Source: Eutreptiella sp. 'Long Island Sound 2002'
Lineage: Eukaryota; Protista; Euglenida
Length of the DNA: 64,000 bases
Reading direction: 5' to 3'
Assembly (NCBI GenBank): GCA_964036045.1
Contig: OZ038379.1
Location: 13,702,001-13,766,000, forward strand
Part shown: positions 48,686-61,452 of the stretch, one piece after another
Layout: each line of letters starts with the position of its first letter
Position numbering within the stretch: position 1 is the first letter of the stretch
Notes under the pieces: generated by a model
What the model was told of the DNA's origin: nothing
Seen by the model: only the letters and a program-made list of their open reading frames with translations
The model's database searches: none
Position numbers and translations under genes: made by a program

Positions 48686-49108
48686 GTGCCGCCCCATTGT
48701 CACCCCAAAATTCCAATTCCAATTCCCTTCCACACCTGACGTCCAACGGCAGCCTACCGCCAATGCCCCCGGGCCCAGTGGCCCACCTGCCCGTGCCCCG
48801 CCCCCGGCGTGCCATCGACGTGCGGCTGGCTCCACCTCCTGCACCGCTGTCTGCGGCGGGAGGCCTTGTGCTGCCGCCCCCCGCACCGCCGGCTGCTGTG
48901 CCTGGCTCGGGCCTCCGAAGCAGCGCTATGCCGGACGGCCGATTGCCAGGTTTCGAGCCCATGCGGGTATGCGCCTCGGCTCTGTGCTGACTGACGATTG
49001 GGGGGCTGTGGCTGGGGTTAGTGCGTACGCTCGGTCTGGGGCTCTAGCACGGGCAGATGCTGGCTGGGGCTGGTGAGAGCCTCCATACGTGGCTAGATCT
49101 TCTGCTTT

Positions 49109-51113
49109 TCGGTACGTAATCTGCAGCGCCAGGCTGCTTGGGGTTTGGCTGATGACGGGCCGAGGGCGGGCAACAACGCCAACAGTGGAGTGCACCCGAG
49201 GGGAGGGTGGCCCATGGCGATTGGAGGCTATTGGACAGTGGCAGGAGAGCGAACTGCCTTGATTCGGGGAATGACTGTGTCTTGGTGATCAACGGCGTCA
49301 GCAGGGATCCCATGGCAGTTGGAGGCTGACTGCTCTTGGTTGCAGTTTGTGCCTGGTGCGGTTTGATGGGACTGGGCAGCGGTTTGGATGGCGTTGTTGC
49401 ATGGGTTCCGGACACCCATGATGCCCCCCCCCCCCCCCTGTTGCAGCAGCATTTCCTTGTCTAAGCACACCGATTTATCTCGCTGTTTTCTACCGCAGCT
49501 TCTGTATTGGCATGCCAGCTTTTTTTTACACAACTTGGCCTCATTCAGTTTTCTGTTCCAAATTGCTCTTGTACTCTTTGCGACTCCCTTTTTGGTGATC
49601 CTGAATGCACACGACATGGGTGCTGTAAAGCAGCAAGGCAACACGTGGTTATGGTACCATGCCTGCTCCCTGCATGTTTTTGTACTGTATGGTACTGAAT
49701 TGTACGGAAATGTGCACCACGTGCATGGCGCCCTGCATTGAATTGTACTGACACTGCACTATGTATGCCCTGCCCACTTCAAGCTCTCTGAACAGTGCAC
49801 ACTGTTCCCTGTGCGCATGTCATGTTTTCGGGATTTTGTGGGGGAGATATTAGGCCCCAATTCAGTGCTGTGATGGTGTAGCAGCACCATTTTGAGTATC
49901 CTGAATCCGTGGTGAATGTATTAGCGAAAAGTGATTTTAATCTGAAAAAAAACCCGGCCCACCTTTCGGTGCACTGTTGACACAGTGGCACCCTCGTAGA
50001 CTATATTTTTGCTCAGTTTTTCGACATTTGCTCAACTGCTTTACACCCGATGCATTGCCTCTTGATCCATTGTGGCGGTGTGTAGTGATGGGAAGGCATG
50101 TCGCATGGGCATTGATTCACCAAGCAGCAGCAAGCATGTGCCAGATGCTAAAAAGGCAGAACTCAGCAGGGAGGAATGATGCATGACTTGGCTACTTGAC
50201 TACTTGACACGTGCAATGGAACCCCACAAACCTTGAGTAAACAAACTCAATGGCAGCCAAAAAGCGGTGCAGCCAGTTGAGGGTTGGAAAGCCTGTCAAA
50301 AGCAGTATTTCTGAAACTGTTTTGGGTCCAGAGACCACCAGGAAATATCAGCATCCATTTGGGGCCCAGTAGGACATATCAGCACCCATCCAGAGACCAC
50401 CAGGAAATATCAGCCTCCATCCAGAGGCCTCCAAGAATAACAACATCACACTCCTCACTCCCAAATTTTCCCTTCGTTCCTAGGAGGAGGTCGTTTTGGG
50501 AATGTAGGGCACCTATGCTATGGTGGGTGCCATATGCATCAAAAGCAGCCAAATTGACCGTGTCAGGTCCATTTTCGGCCCACAACGGGACACAAACAGG
50601 CCAATGATGGTCATCACAGCCAAGAGACATAGCCTTGAACAGCCATCCTTTCAGCTATTCCAAGTGGTCTCCATTCACTTCGTGATGCGAATTGGCAACG
50701 CATTTTGCAACCCCCCATGCCCCTGATCTCAGCATGGGCCAGGGAGCCAGCTCACCTGGGTGACTCAATGCCCTTGGGGCAAGTTGTTGCCCGTGAGGTG
50801 AATCAAAGCTCCTAGTATGCGTCAACACCCCAGCGGTGAGTTAGTGTCCAGGTGTCATCTGTAATCTTGAGATCTCGGGTCTTTCACCTCTAGCAGACAG
50901 CACTGTGCTTGCATGATGCAAACACTGGGTCTCCCCCCCCTCTGGGCAGGCAGTCTGGGGCTTAGTGACGTGAACGGAGCAAAAAGGAAAACAGTGCACA
51001 AAGGATTGTATTCTCTGGCACCTTTCTCCCAATGCAGCCCCCTCGCGTGTATACTGACAGTCATGCGCACGTTGACGCCCACCTCACGCTTAGGTTTGCC
51101 CGCTTCGCCAGGA
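49109..51113 (+). repeat. Duplicate of HIRA intron segment 6461-8464
   Basis: Near-identical; starts TCG|GTACGT and ends fused to the PLE 5' segment. Confidence 0.95.
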
Positions 51114-51492
51114 ACGAGCGAGCAGTGCATCGAAAAGACCGCAATCGAGCGAGAGGAAAACGTTGCCGAAGTGTCCCGACAGGCGGAGCAGGGAAGAACA
51201 GGTGCGTTGCTGCGGCGAAGGGTGAGGTTGAGCCTCGGGTTTGCTGGGTACTACGGTACGGACCTCCAGTGCGGTACGTGGGGACAAGGTCCGGGGGCCC
51301 GCCACACTACAAGGAAGAGGCTCAAATGGGGGAGAGGCCCCGCCATGATGCTTAAGCCGGTTTCAGGTCCACAGGGAGACCAGCATCCCCCATCGCAGCC
51401 CCCTAAACAGGGGTGTCCCGGGGGGTGAGCCAGTAGGCACCATGGGGAAGGTCATGCGCGCCGGATTGAGCCGCGTCTCCTCCTCTTCCTCC

Positions 51493-54400
51493 TCGTACAT
51501 TGGGACCCTCCCCTTGGGCACTGTACGTATCGTACATTGGGACCCCCCCCTTGGACACTGTCCATATTGTACAGCGGGACCCCCCCCTTGGGCAGGCACT
51601 GTACATATTGTACAGCGGGACGCCCCCCTTGGGCACTGTACATATGTTACATTGGGACCCTCCCCTTAGGCACTGTACATATCGTACATTGGGACCCCCC
51701 CCCTTGGGCACTGTACATATCGTACATTGGGACCCCCCCCCTTGGGCACTGTAGATACCTTACATTGGGACCCCCCCCCCTTGGGCACTGTACATATCTT
51801 ACATTGGGACCCTCCCCTTAGGCACTGTACATATCGTACATTGGGACCCCCCCCCTTGGGCACTGTAGATATCTTACATTGGGACCCCCCCCCCCTTGGG
51901 CACTGTACATATCTTACATTGGGACCCCCCCCCCCCTTGGGCACTGTACATATCGTACATTGGGATCCTCCCCTTGGGCACTGTACATATCGTACATTGG
52001 GACCCCCCCCCCTTGGGCAGTGTACATATTGTACATTGGGACCCTCCCCTTGGGCACTGTACATATCGTACGTTTGGACTCTCCCCTTGGGCACTGTACA
52101 TATGGTACATTGGGACCCCACCCCTTGGGCACTGTACATATCGTACATTGGGACCCCCCCCCCTTGGGCAATGTACACATTGTACATTGGGACCCTCCTC
52201 TTCGGCACTGTACATATCATACGTGGGGACTCTCCCCTTGGGCAATGTACATATGGTACATTGGGACCCCACCCCTTGGGCACTGTACATATCGTACATT
52301 GGGACCCCACCCCTTGGGCACTGTACATATCGTACATTGGGACCCCCCCCCCCCTTGGGCAATGTACATATTGTACATTGGGACCCTCATCTTGGGCACT
52401 GTACATATCGCGCATTGGGACCCTCCCCTTGGGCACTGTACATATTGTACATTGGGACCGTCCACTTGGGCACCGTACATATCGTACATCGGGACCCTCC
52501 CCCTTTGGCAGTGTACATATCGTACATTGGGACCCTCCCCTGGGGCAATGTACATATCGTACATTGGGATCCTCCCCTTGGGCACTGTACATATCGTACA
52601 TTGGGACCCTTCCCCTTTGGCAGTGTACATATTGTACATTGGGACCCTCCCCTTGGGCACTGTACATATCGTACATTGGGATCCTCCCCTTGGGCACTGT
52701 ACATATTGTACATTGGGACCGTCCGCTTGGGCACTGTACATATCGTACATTGGGACCCTCCCCCTTTGGCAGTGTACATATCGTACATTGGGACCCTCCC
52801 CTGGGGCACTGTATATATCGTACATTGGGATCCTCCCCTTGGGCACTGTACATATCATACATTGGGACCCTGCCCCTTTGGCAGTGTACATATTGTACAT
52901 TGGGACCCTCCCCTTGGGCACTGTACATATCGTACATTGGGACCGTCCACTTGGGCAATGTACATATCGTACATTGGGACCCTCCCCCTTTGGCAGTGTA
53001 CATATCGTACATTGGGACCCTCCCCTTGGGCACTGTATATATATCGCACATTGGGACCCCCCCCTTGGGCACCGTACATATCGTACATTCGGACCCCCCC
53101 CCCTTGGGCACTGTACATATCGTACATTGGGACCCCCCCCTTGGGCACCGTACACATCGTACATTCGGACCCCCCCCCTTTGGGCACTGTACATATCGTA
53201 CATTGGGACCCCCCCCTTGGACACTGTACATATCGTACATTGGGACCCCCCCCCTTGGGCACTGTACATATCGTACATTGACCCCCCCTTTCGTGCACTG
53301 TACATATCGTACATGCCCGCCCCCCCTTGGGCGCTGTACATATCGTACATTTGCACCCTCCCCTTCGGCACTGTACATATCTTACATTGGGACCCCCCCT
53401 TTGGGCACTGTACATGTCATACATTGGGACCCCCGCCCTTGGGCACTGTACATATCGTACATTGGGACCCTCCCCTTGAGAATTGTACGTATTGTACATT
53501 GGGACCCCCCCTTTTGTGCGCTGTACATATTGTACATGCCCCCCTCCCCTTGGGCGCTGTACATATCGTACATTGGGACCCTCCCCTTGGGCACTGTACA
53601 TGTCATACATTGGGATCCCCCCTTGGGCACTGTACATATTGTACATTGGGACCCTTCCCCTTGGGCACTGTACATATCGTACATTGGGACCCCCCCCCTT
53701 GGGCACTGTAGATATTGTACATTGGGACCCTCCCCTTGGGCACTGTACATATGGTACATTAGGACCCCCCTTTTTCGGCACTGTACATATGGTACATGCC
53801 CCCCTCCCTTGGGCGCTGTACATATCCTACATTGGGACCCTCCCTTTGCGCACTGTACATGTCATACATCGGGACCGTCCCCTTGGGCACTGTACATATT
53901 GTACATTGGGACCCTCCCCTCAGGCACTGTACATATCGTACATTGGGAACCCACCCCTTGGGCACTGTACGCATTGTGCATCAGGAATCTCCCCCTTTGG
54001 CAGTGTACATGTCGTACGTAGGGAAACCCCCCCTTGGGCACTGTACATATCGTACATTGGGACCCTCCCCTTGCGCGATGTACACATTGTACATTGGGAC
54101 CCTCCCCCTTGGCTATTGTACGTATCGTACATTGGGACCCCCCCCTTGGGCACTGTACATATCGTACATTGGGACCCCCCCTTTTGGGCACTGTACATAT
54201 TGTACATGCCCCGCCCCCGTTGGGCATTGTACATATCGTACATTGGGACCCTCCCCTTGGGCACTGTACATATTGTACACCCGGACGCCACACCTTGGGC
54301 ACTGTACATATCGTACATTGCCCCCCCCCCCTTTTGCGCACTGTACATATCGTACATTGGGACCCCCCCCCCTAATGGGCACTGTACATATTGTACATTG

Positions 54401-57400
54401 GGACCCTTGCCCTGTTGGGCACTGTACATATCGTACATTGGGACCCCCCCTTTTGGGCACTGTACATATCGTACATTGGAACTCTCCCCTTGGGCACTGT
54501 ACATATCGTACATTGGCACCCCCCCCCCTTGGGCACTGTACATATCGTACATTGGGACCCCCCCCCCCTTGGGCACTGTACATATCGTACATTGGGACCC
54601 TTGCCCTGTTGGGCACTGTACATATCGTACATTGGGACCCCCCCTTCTGGGCACTGTACATATCGTACATTGGAACTCTCCCCTTGGGCACTGTACTTAT
54701 CGTACATTGGGACCCCCCCCTCTTGGGCACAGTACATATTGTACATTGGGACCCCCCCCCTTGGGCACTGTACATATTGTACCTTGGGACCCTCCCCTTG
54801 GGCACTGTACATATTGTACATTGGGACCCTCCCCTTGGGCACCATACATATCGTACATTGGGACCCTCCCCTTGGGCACTGTACATATTGTACATTGGGA
54901 CCCTCCTCATGGGCCATATACATATCTTACATAGGCACCCCCCCCCTTGGGCACTGTACATATTGTACCTTGGGACCCTCTTCTTGGGCACTGTACATAT
55001 TGTACATTGGGACCCTCCCCTTGGGCACTGTACATATCGTACATTGGGACCCTCCCCTTGGGCACTGTACACATTGTACATTGGGACCCTCCCCTTGGGC
55101 ACTGTACACATTGTACATTGGGACCCTCCCCTTGGGCACTGTACATATTGGACATTGGGACCCTCCCCTTGGGCACTGTATATATTGTACATGGGGACCC
55201 TCCTCTTAGGCACTGTACATATCGTACATTGGGACCCCCCCCCCTTGGGCAATGTACATATCGTACATTGGGACCCTCCCCTTGGGCACTGTACATATCG
55301 TACATCGGGACCCTCCCCTTGGGCACTGTACATATTGTACATTGGGACCCTCCCCTTGGGCACTGTACATATTGTACATTGGGACCTCTCCCCTTGGGCA
55401 ATGTACATATTGTACATTGGGACTCTCCCCTTGGGCACTGTAGATATCTTACATTGGGACCCCCCCCCCTTGGGCACTGTACATATTGTACATTGGGACC
55501 TCTCCCCTTGGGCAATGTACACATTGTACATTGGGACCCTCCCCTTGGGCACTGTACATATTGGACATTGGGACCCTCCCCTTGGGCACTGTATATATTG
55601 TACATGGGGACCCTCCTCTTAGGCACTGTACATATCGTACATTGGGACCCCCCCCCCCTTGGGCAATGTACATATCGTACATTGGGACCCTCCCCTTGGG
55701 TACTGTACATATCGTACATTGGGACCCTCCCCTTGGGCACTGTACATATTGTACATTGGGACCCTCCCCTTGGGCACTGTACATATTGTACATTGGGACC
55801 TCTCCCCTTGGGCAATGTACATATTGTACATTGGGACTCTCCCCTTGGGCACTGTAGATATCTTACATTGGGACCCCCCCCCCCTTGGGCACTGTACATA
55901 TCTTACATTGGGACCCTCCCCTTAGGCACTGTACATATCGTACATTGGGACCCCCCCCCCTTGGGCACTGTAGATATCTTACATTGCCCCCCCCCTTGGG
56001 CACTGTACATATCTTACATTGGGACCCCCCCCCTTGGGCACTGTACATATCGTACATTGGGACCCCCCCCCTTGGGCACTGTACATATCGTACATTGGGA
56101 CCCCCCCCCCTTGGGCACTGTACATATTGTACATTGGGACCCTCCCCTTGGGCACTGTACATATCGTACGTTTGGACTCTCCCCTTGGGCACTGTACATA
56201 TGGTACATTGGGACCCCACCCCTTGGGCACTGTACATATCGTACATTGGGACCCTCCCCTTGGGCACTGTACATATCGTACATTGGGACCCACCCCCTTG
56301 GGCACTGTACATATCGTACATTGGGACCACCTCCCCTTGGGCAATGTACATATTGTACATTGGGACCCTCCTCTTGGGCACTGTACATATCATACGTGGG
56401 GACTCTCCCCTTGGGCAATGTACATATGGTACATTGGGACCCAACCCCTTGGGCACTGTACATATCGTACATTGGGACCCCACCCCTTGGGCACTGTACA
56501 TATCGTACATTGGGACCCCCCCCCCTTGGGCAATGTACATATTGTCCATTGGGACCCTCATCTTGGGCACTGTACATATCGCGCATTGGGACCCCCCCCT
56601 TGGGCACTGTACATATTGTACATTGGGACCGTCCACTTGGGCACCGTACATATCGTACATCGGGACCCTCCCCCTTTGGCAATGTACATATCGTACATTG
56701 GGACCCTCCCCTGGGGCAATGTACATATCGTACATTGGGATCCTCCCCTTGGGCACTGTACATATCGTACATTGGGACCCTTCCCCTTTGGCAGTGGACA
56801 TATTGTACATTGGGACCCTCCCCTGGGGCACTGTACATATCGTACATTGGGATCCTCCCCTTGGGCACTGTACATATTGTACATTGGGACCGTCCGCTTG
56901 GGCACTGTACATATCGTACATTGGGACCCTCCCCCTTTGGCAGTGTACATATCGTACATTGGGACCCTCCCCTGGGGCACTGTATATATCGTACATTGGG
57001 ATCCTCCCCTTGGGCACTGTACATATCATACATTGGGACCCTGCCCCTTTGGCAGTGTACATATTGTACATTGGGACCCTCACCTTGGTCACTGTACATA
57101 TCGTACATTGGGACCGTCCACTTGGGCAATGTACATATCGTACATTGGGACCCTCCCCCTTGGGCACTGTACATATCGTACATCGGGACCCTCCCCTTGG
57201 GTACTGTACATATCGTACATTGGGACCCTCCCCTTGGGCACTGTACATATCGTACATTGGGACCCTCCCCTTGGGCAATGTACATATTGTACATTGGGAC
57301 CCCCCCGCCTTGGGCGCTATACATATCGTACATCGGGAGCCCCTCCTTGGGTATTGTACATATCGTACATTGGGACCCTCCCCTTGGGCACTGTATATAT

Positions 57401-57688
57401 ATCGCACATTGGAACCCCCCCCTTGGGCACCGTACACATCGTACATTCGGACCCCCCCCCTTTGGGCACTGTACATATCGTACATTGGGACCCCCCCCTT
57501 GGACACTGTACATATCGTACATTGGGACCCCCCCCCTTGGGCACTGTACATATCGTACATTGGGACCCCCCCTTTCGTGCACTGTACATATCGTACATCC
57601 CCGCCCCCCCTTGGGCGCTGTACATATCGTACATTTGCACCCTCCCCTTCGGCACTGTACATATCTTACATTGGGACCCCTTCCCCTT
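51493..57688. repeat. ~37-bp tandem array, about 165-170 units, with higher-order structure
   Basis: Directly visible with both ends inside the window; unit count estimated from length divided by 37. Confidence 0.98.
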
Positions 57689-60616
57689 CTCCCTCCCCTC
57701 TTGTGTCAAACACCTATGGCTGTGGGGCCCAGCATATGAGGTCCCTGTTGTACAGTCCAACTTCCCCTCCCTCTCCACCGTTGGATGGTCCAAAGGTTCT
57801 ACAGTCTGGCACCTGCTTGGAAGTCAAGAGGCACAGCGATCAGTCGATGAAACGCAAATCCTTAGAATTCACCTGATTCTCCAAGAGGCGGGGCACATTT
57901 CACTGTCCATACCACGCATTCCTGAAGTCCCCCTCGTTCTGCGAGCACTCACTATCCAGATGCAAGCCGCACTCGACAACAAAAATCTGGGGCGGTGGGC
58001 AGAACTAATGCAGGCCAGGAACCGATATCTACCGATATCTACCCTTCCTGTCCCACCCTGCACTGGCAATGGCCAGGAGACTGAGTCATGTACACCGCTG
58101 GTTCATTTCCCTGACGCCCCCCCGCAATGTCATCTACCTGGTGTACAATATATGGCTTCAGGTGGTGTACATTGGCCTCACCACAGGGGCCCTGGTTAGC
58201 CGGTTGAGGAAACACATGACTGACAGTCTGGCTGACGTGGATTGTGCCACCTTGCACAAACACATGGCGAAAACGGACCTCTCAGGCTGGGGAATTCTTC
58301 CACTGCAATGGGTCGAGGACGACTGGCACGCGAGTGTGCGTGAACGACACTGGTGGTGGATTTTCAGGCGCTGGGCTTGCAACGACGTCCCACCAGGAAT
58401 TAGTACCCAGGGTGAGGGATCCAAATCTCGAGGTTGGCTTAACCAAAGAGTGCTGGCGGCTCTGCAGGGTATCCGTGATGCGACTGGCCACGAGTGAAGT
58501 TTCTTCAGTCAGAACTCCAGGACCTGGCTAACCGTCTCTCTATCCCATTGTATGTCCTTGGTCACATGACCGTACCCAATCTAACCCCAAATCAAAATGC
58601 GGCAATTCACAGAGTTATACGCGCAATGGTGAAATCATGCAACATTGCAGCGTGGGAAAAACAAGCGCTACACAAGGCCGTACGAGTGGTACGCTCCAAC
58701 CCAGTCACAGTGCGAAGTCTTTTTGAAAAACAGAGTAGGAAAGGAGACCGAGAGGCCCAAACACCACAATGCTCATGCGCCAGCATCACATCAGAGCACG
58801 GCCACGTCATTGAAATTGAAGGCCACAAAGCGCTTATCCCTGTGTACGTTCAGGGCCTCGATGCAACTACCCTCCGCCCCAATGACTCCCTACCACTAAA
58901 GGGCACTAAAGTCAGAGCGCGCCTTTTCAAGGACATTACTAAAATAGCAGGACAGATCGGGGCAGAAGTGCCTAACCTCCAGCACATGCTACCCTCAACC
59001 CTGTGGTGTGAGTCAGGGTCCACTGTGCGCCACGTGGAGCAGCAAGCAGCAGCCATCTCTGCCTCCCACTACGTACGAATCGTGGACAAGGGGGTGGGGG
59101 TCATGTGGGGATTTTGCCGTCAGTGGATGTGGGATATACTCGAGGAATTCCTGATCCAGGAAGGGTATACCAGATGCACCCAGTCCCAACAGCACATCAC
59201 AGCACGGATACTGAAGATCATACAGTCCAACAGCTAGGACAATGACCCAGTTGGGCGCATCGCCTCCCTGTACCTCATCGGCAAAGCAAAAAGTCTGGTT
59301 AAACAGAAATGGCTCTGGAGACCCATCGCCGCACTCCCGAAACCCCTCTTACCAAAAAAGGACCTCACAATCGCAGCCAGAGCCATGACCACATTTCTGA
59401 AACTGGTGGCAGAGGAGACCCCTGGAAACTTCATGGTCCACCCAGTTAATCGCGTGGCTGACTGGTTTCATTGGTTGCATCAGTTGGTTGCTCTTATATT
59501 GTTGAACTGGACTGCAAAGACCAGTTCAACCACGTACCCCCCAGTTGTGTGGAGTCACACATGGCCGAGTCCAGCAAGTGGCTCGCCAAGCGGCGTTGCT
59601 GGCGCATGAAAGACATCTGCTGGAGTGTCCACAGAGACAGTAAAAAGTTGGACAGGGCAGGGCAGGGGGCCTCAGGAAAATTTTGGTACATCACACACGG
59701 GGACCTCAGCAACAAAATAAATTTCGAGCTACAAAACAACAACTATGTGACCGCGGCAGGGTCCCTGTGGCAAAGGACAGGGTGTATTCCCATGGGCGGG
59801 TCATTCTCCGCACAGGCGGCGGACCTGCACTGCCAGTGGGGGGTGTACATGAACAGGGCGTGCTTCAGAGACCTTGGGGAACTCCGCATCACTGACACAG
59901 GTTTCATATACTGGGATACCCCCTGGGGAGCACTCACACTGTGCCAATTTCGAGACAACATTCTTATGGCCACAGCCTTTGCCGACACCCCAGCCATCAA
60001 AATAGTTAAACGTGTGTGCCACCTCCTACAGCGATGCTGGAACCTGCGGGTGCTGTGTCCATGTGATACACCGTGTACCCAATCCTGTCTCCAATCCTCC
60101 ACGACAGCTATGGGTTTCTGCATGGTATGTTCAACGGATGGGGAACCCACGGCGTACACACATCCGAGTTCGCTGGATAGTGCATGGGATCTAAAAATGG
60201 GCCCCCCACTGATGACGCCGACCCACGCCTCCCAACAGTACCTGCGGACAGTCCTCACAGGCGTTTTATGTAACTCCCGCCAATGGTGTCGAACCCCCCT
60301 TGCACAGCTCTTGACGGTGACAGCGTGGGGCCAAGTGTCAATTAAATCGGGCTACAGTCCCAGAGCCCTCAGGCGGGCCATGCACGCTGCGATCATCAGG
60401 GGCCTGGCAGCCTCAGACCACCAACCACAGTTCGTGGTGCGATTCATGCACCACATATCCGAGCTCCTACCCCTTCCACGATGCTGTGCTATCCACAGAG
60501 TGCTCCAATGGGTGAAACGACATGGCCAGTGGGCAGGAGGGGCATATGCCACATGGGTGCTCCCGAAACACCTGGCACAAGTGGGTATCACAGGAGACTG
60601 GAGCCACGACTACACC
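57689..60616 (+). pseudogene. Disrupted GIY-YIG/CxC/RT polyprotein, copy 2
   Basis: Same motifs and same lesions as 2477-5404. Confidence 0.9.
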
Positions 60617-60816
60617 NNNNNNNNNNNNNNNNNNNNNNNNNNNNNNNNNNNNNNNNNNNNNNNNNNNNNNNNNNNNNNNNNNNNNNNNNNNNNNNNNNNN
60701 NNNNNNNNNNNNNNNNNNNNNNNNNNNNNNNNNNNNNNNNNNNNNNNNNNNNNNNNNNNNNNNNNNNNNNNNNNNNNNNNNNNNNNNNNNNNNNNNNNNN
60801 NNNNNNNNNNNNNNNN
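60617..60816. other. Assembly gap (200 N)
   Basis: Run of N; adjacency across it is unverified. Confidence 0.99.
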
Positions 60817-61066
60817 TACTGATGCCACTGATGCAGAGCCTGCACCGACTGAATTCTAAAGTTTCGTGGAATCCTAACTTTAGTGTTGTGTTTTTTTACT
60901 TAATGATAAGCAAAAGTTTTGCGGCAGCATCCAAAATGGGCCACAATGGGCAAAAATTATTCTTTTTGCGATTTTTTGCAATTCGCAATGTGGCCCTAGG
61001 CACGAAAAGGCGGACCACATCATTGCCATCATGTTGGAACTGGATATGATATTTGCCATTCCCACG

Positions 61067-61384
61067 TCATTTTACCACCTTGGCCCGAACCGTTCCCCCA
61101 TTGCCGTGAGTGTCCAAAGCACTCCTGTACACGATAAATCCCGCTGCCTTTGGTGCAAGCTTTGGGGCAGAACTGGCCTTCGGTTGCTTCGGGGCTGGGC
61201 GCACATCCAAAGGTTTGCGAACAGCCTGCAATAGCAGGTTCGCATGCCGTGGCAGCACTCCCATTTTCTGGAGCTCGGCTGTTGAGGTGGCAGTCAATTG
61301 TGCCATACCAGATACGCCTGCACGTGGAAGAGGTTCAGTGTACTGCTCATACCCAAGTGGATCCAACAGAATTTCAACTCCATG
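61067..61384 (-). CDS. SAM-domain-encoding exon or fragment
   Basis: HGVEILLDPLGYEQYTEPLPRAGVSGMAQLTATSTAELQKMGVLPRHANLLLQAV fits the SAM pattern L..Y...F...gi..l..L....L..mGi..gh...ll; possible tAG acceptor at 61385. Confidence 0.6.
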   Translation of the reverse strand, partial: HGVEILLDPLGYEQYTEPLPRAGVSGMAQLTATSTAELQKMGVLPRHANLLLQAVRKPLDVRPAPKQPKASSAPKLAPKAAGFIVYRSALDTHGNGGTVRAKVVK

Positions 61385-61400
61385 CTACACTCAAGTAAGG

Positions 61401-61452
61401 GCACCTGCACCTGCACCTGCACCTGCACCCGCACCTGCACCTGCACCTGCAC
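61401..61452. repeat. (GCACCT)n hexamer repeat
   Basis: Directly visible. Confidence 0.9.

Larger units (their letters stand above)
51114..60616 (+). mobile_element. Penelope-like retroelement copy 2: 380-bp unique leader, 6.2-kb array, disrupted ORF, truncated by the gap
   Basis: 55213-60616 matches 1-5404 (all translated frames identical). The leader interrupts the 298-bp repeat, so it behaves as part of the insertion. Confidence 0.85.

Noticed and set aside
48686-48990. Pro-rich continuation of importin exon 2 to a stop codon
   Set aside because: Loses importin similarity after RFEY and would truncate the protein; more likely GC-rich intron.
49097-49117. SL RNA gene or SL relic at TTCTGCTTTTCG|GTACGT
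   Set aside because: Only short TTCTG and TTTTCG matches; the diagnostic AGTGTCTA core is absent.
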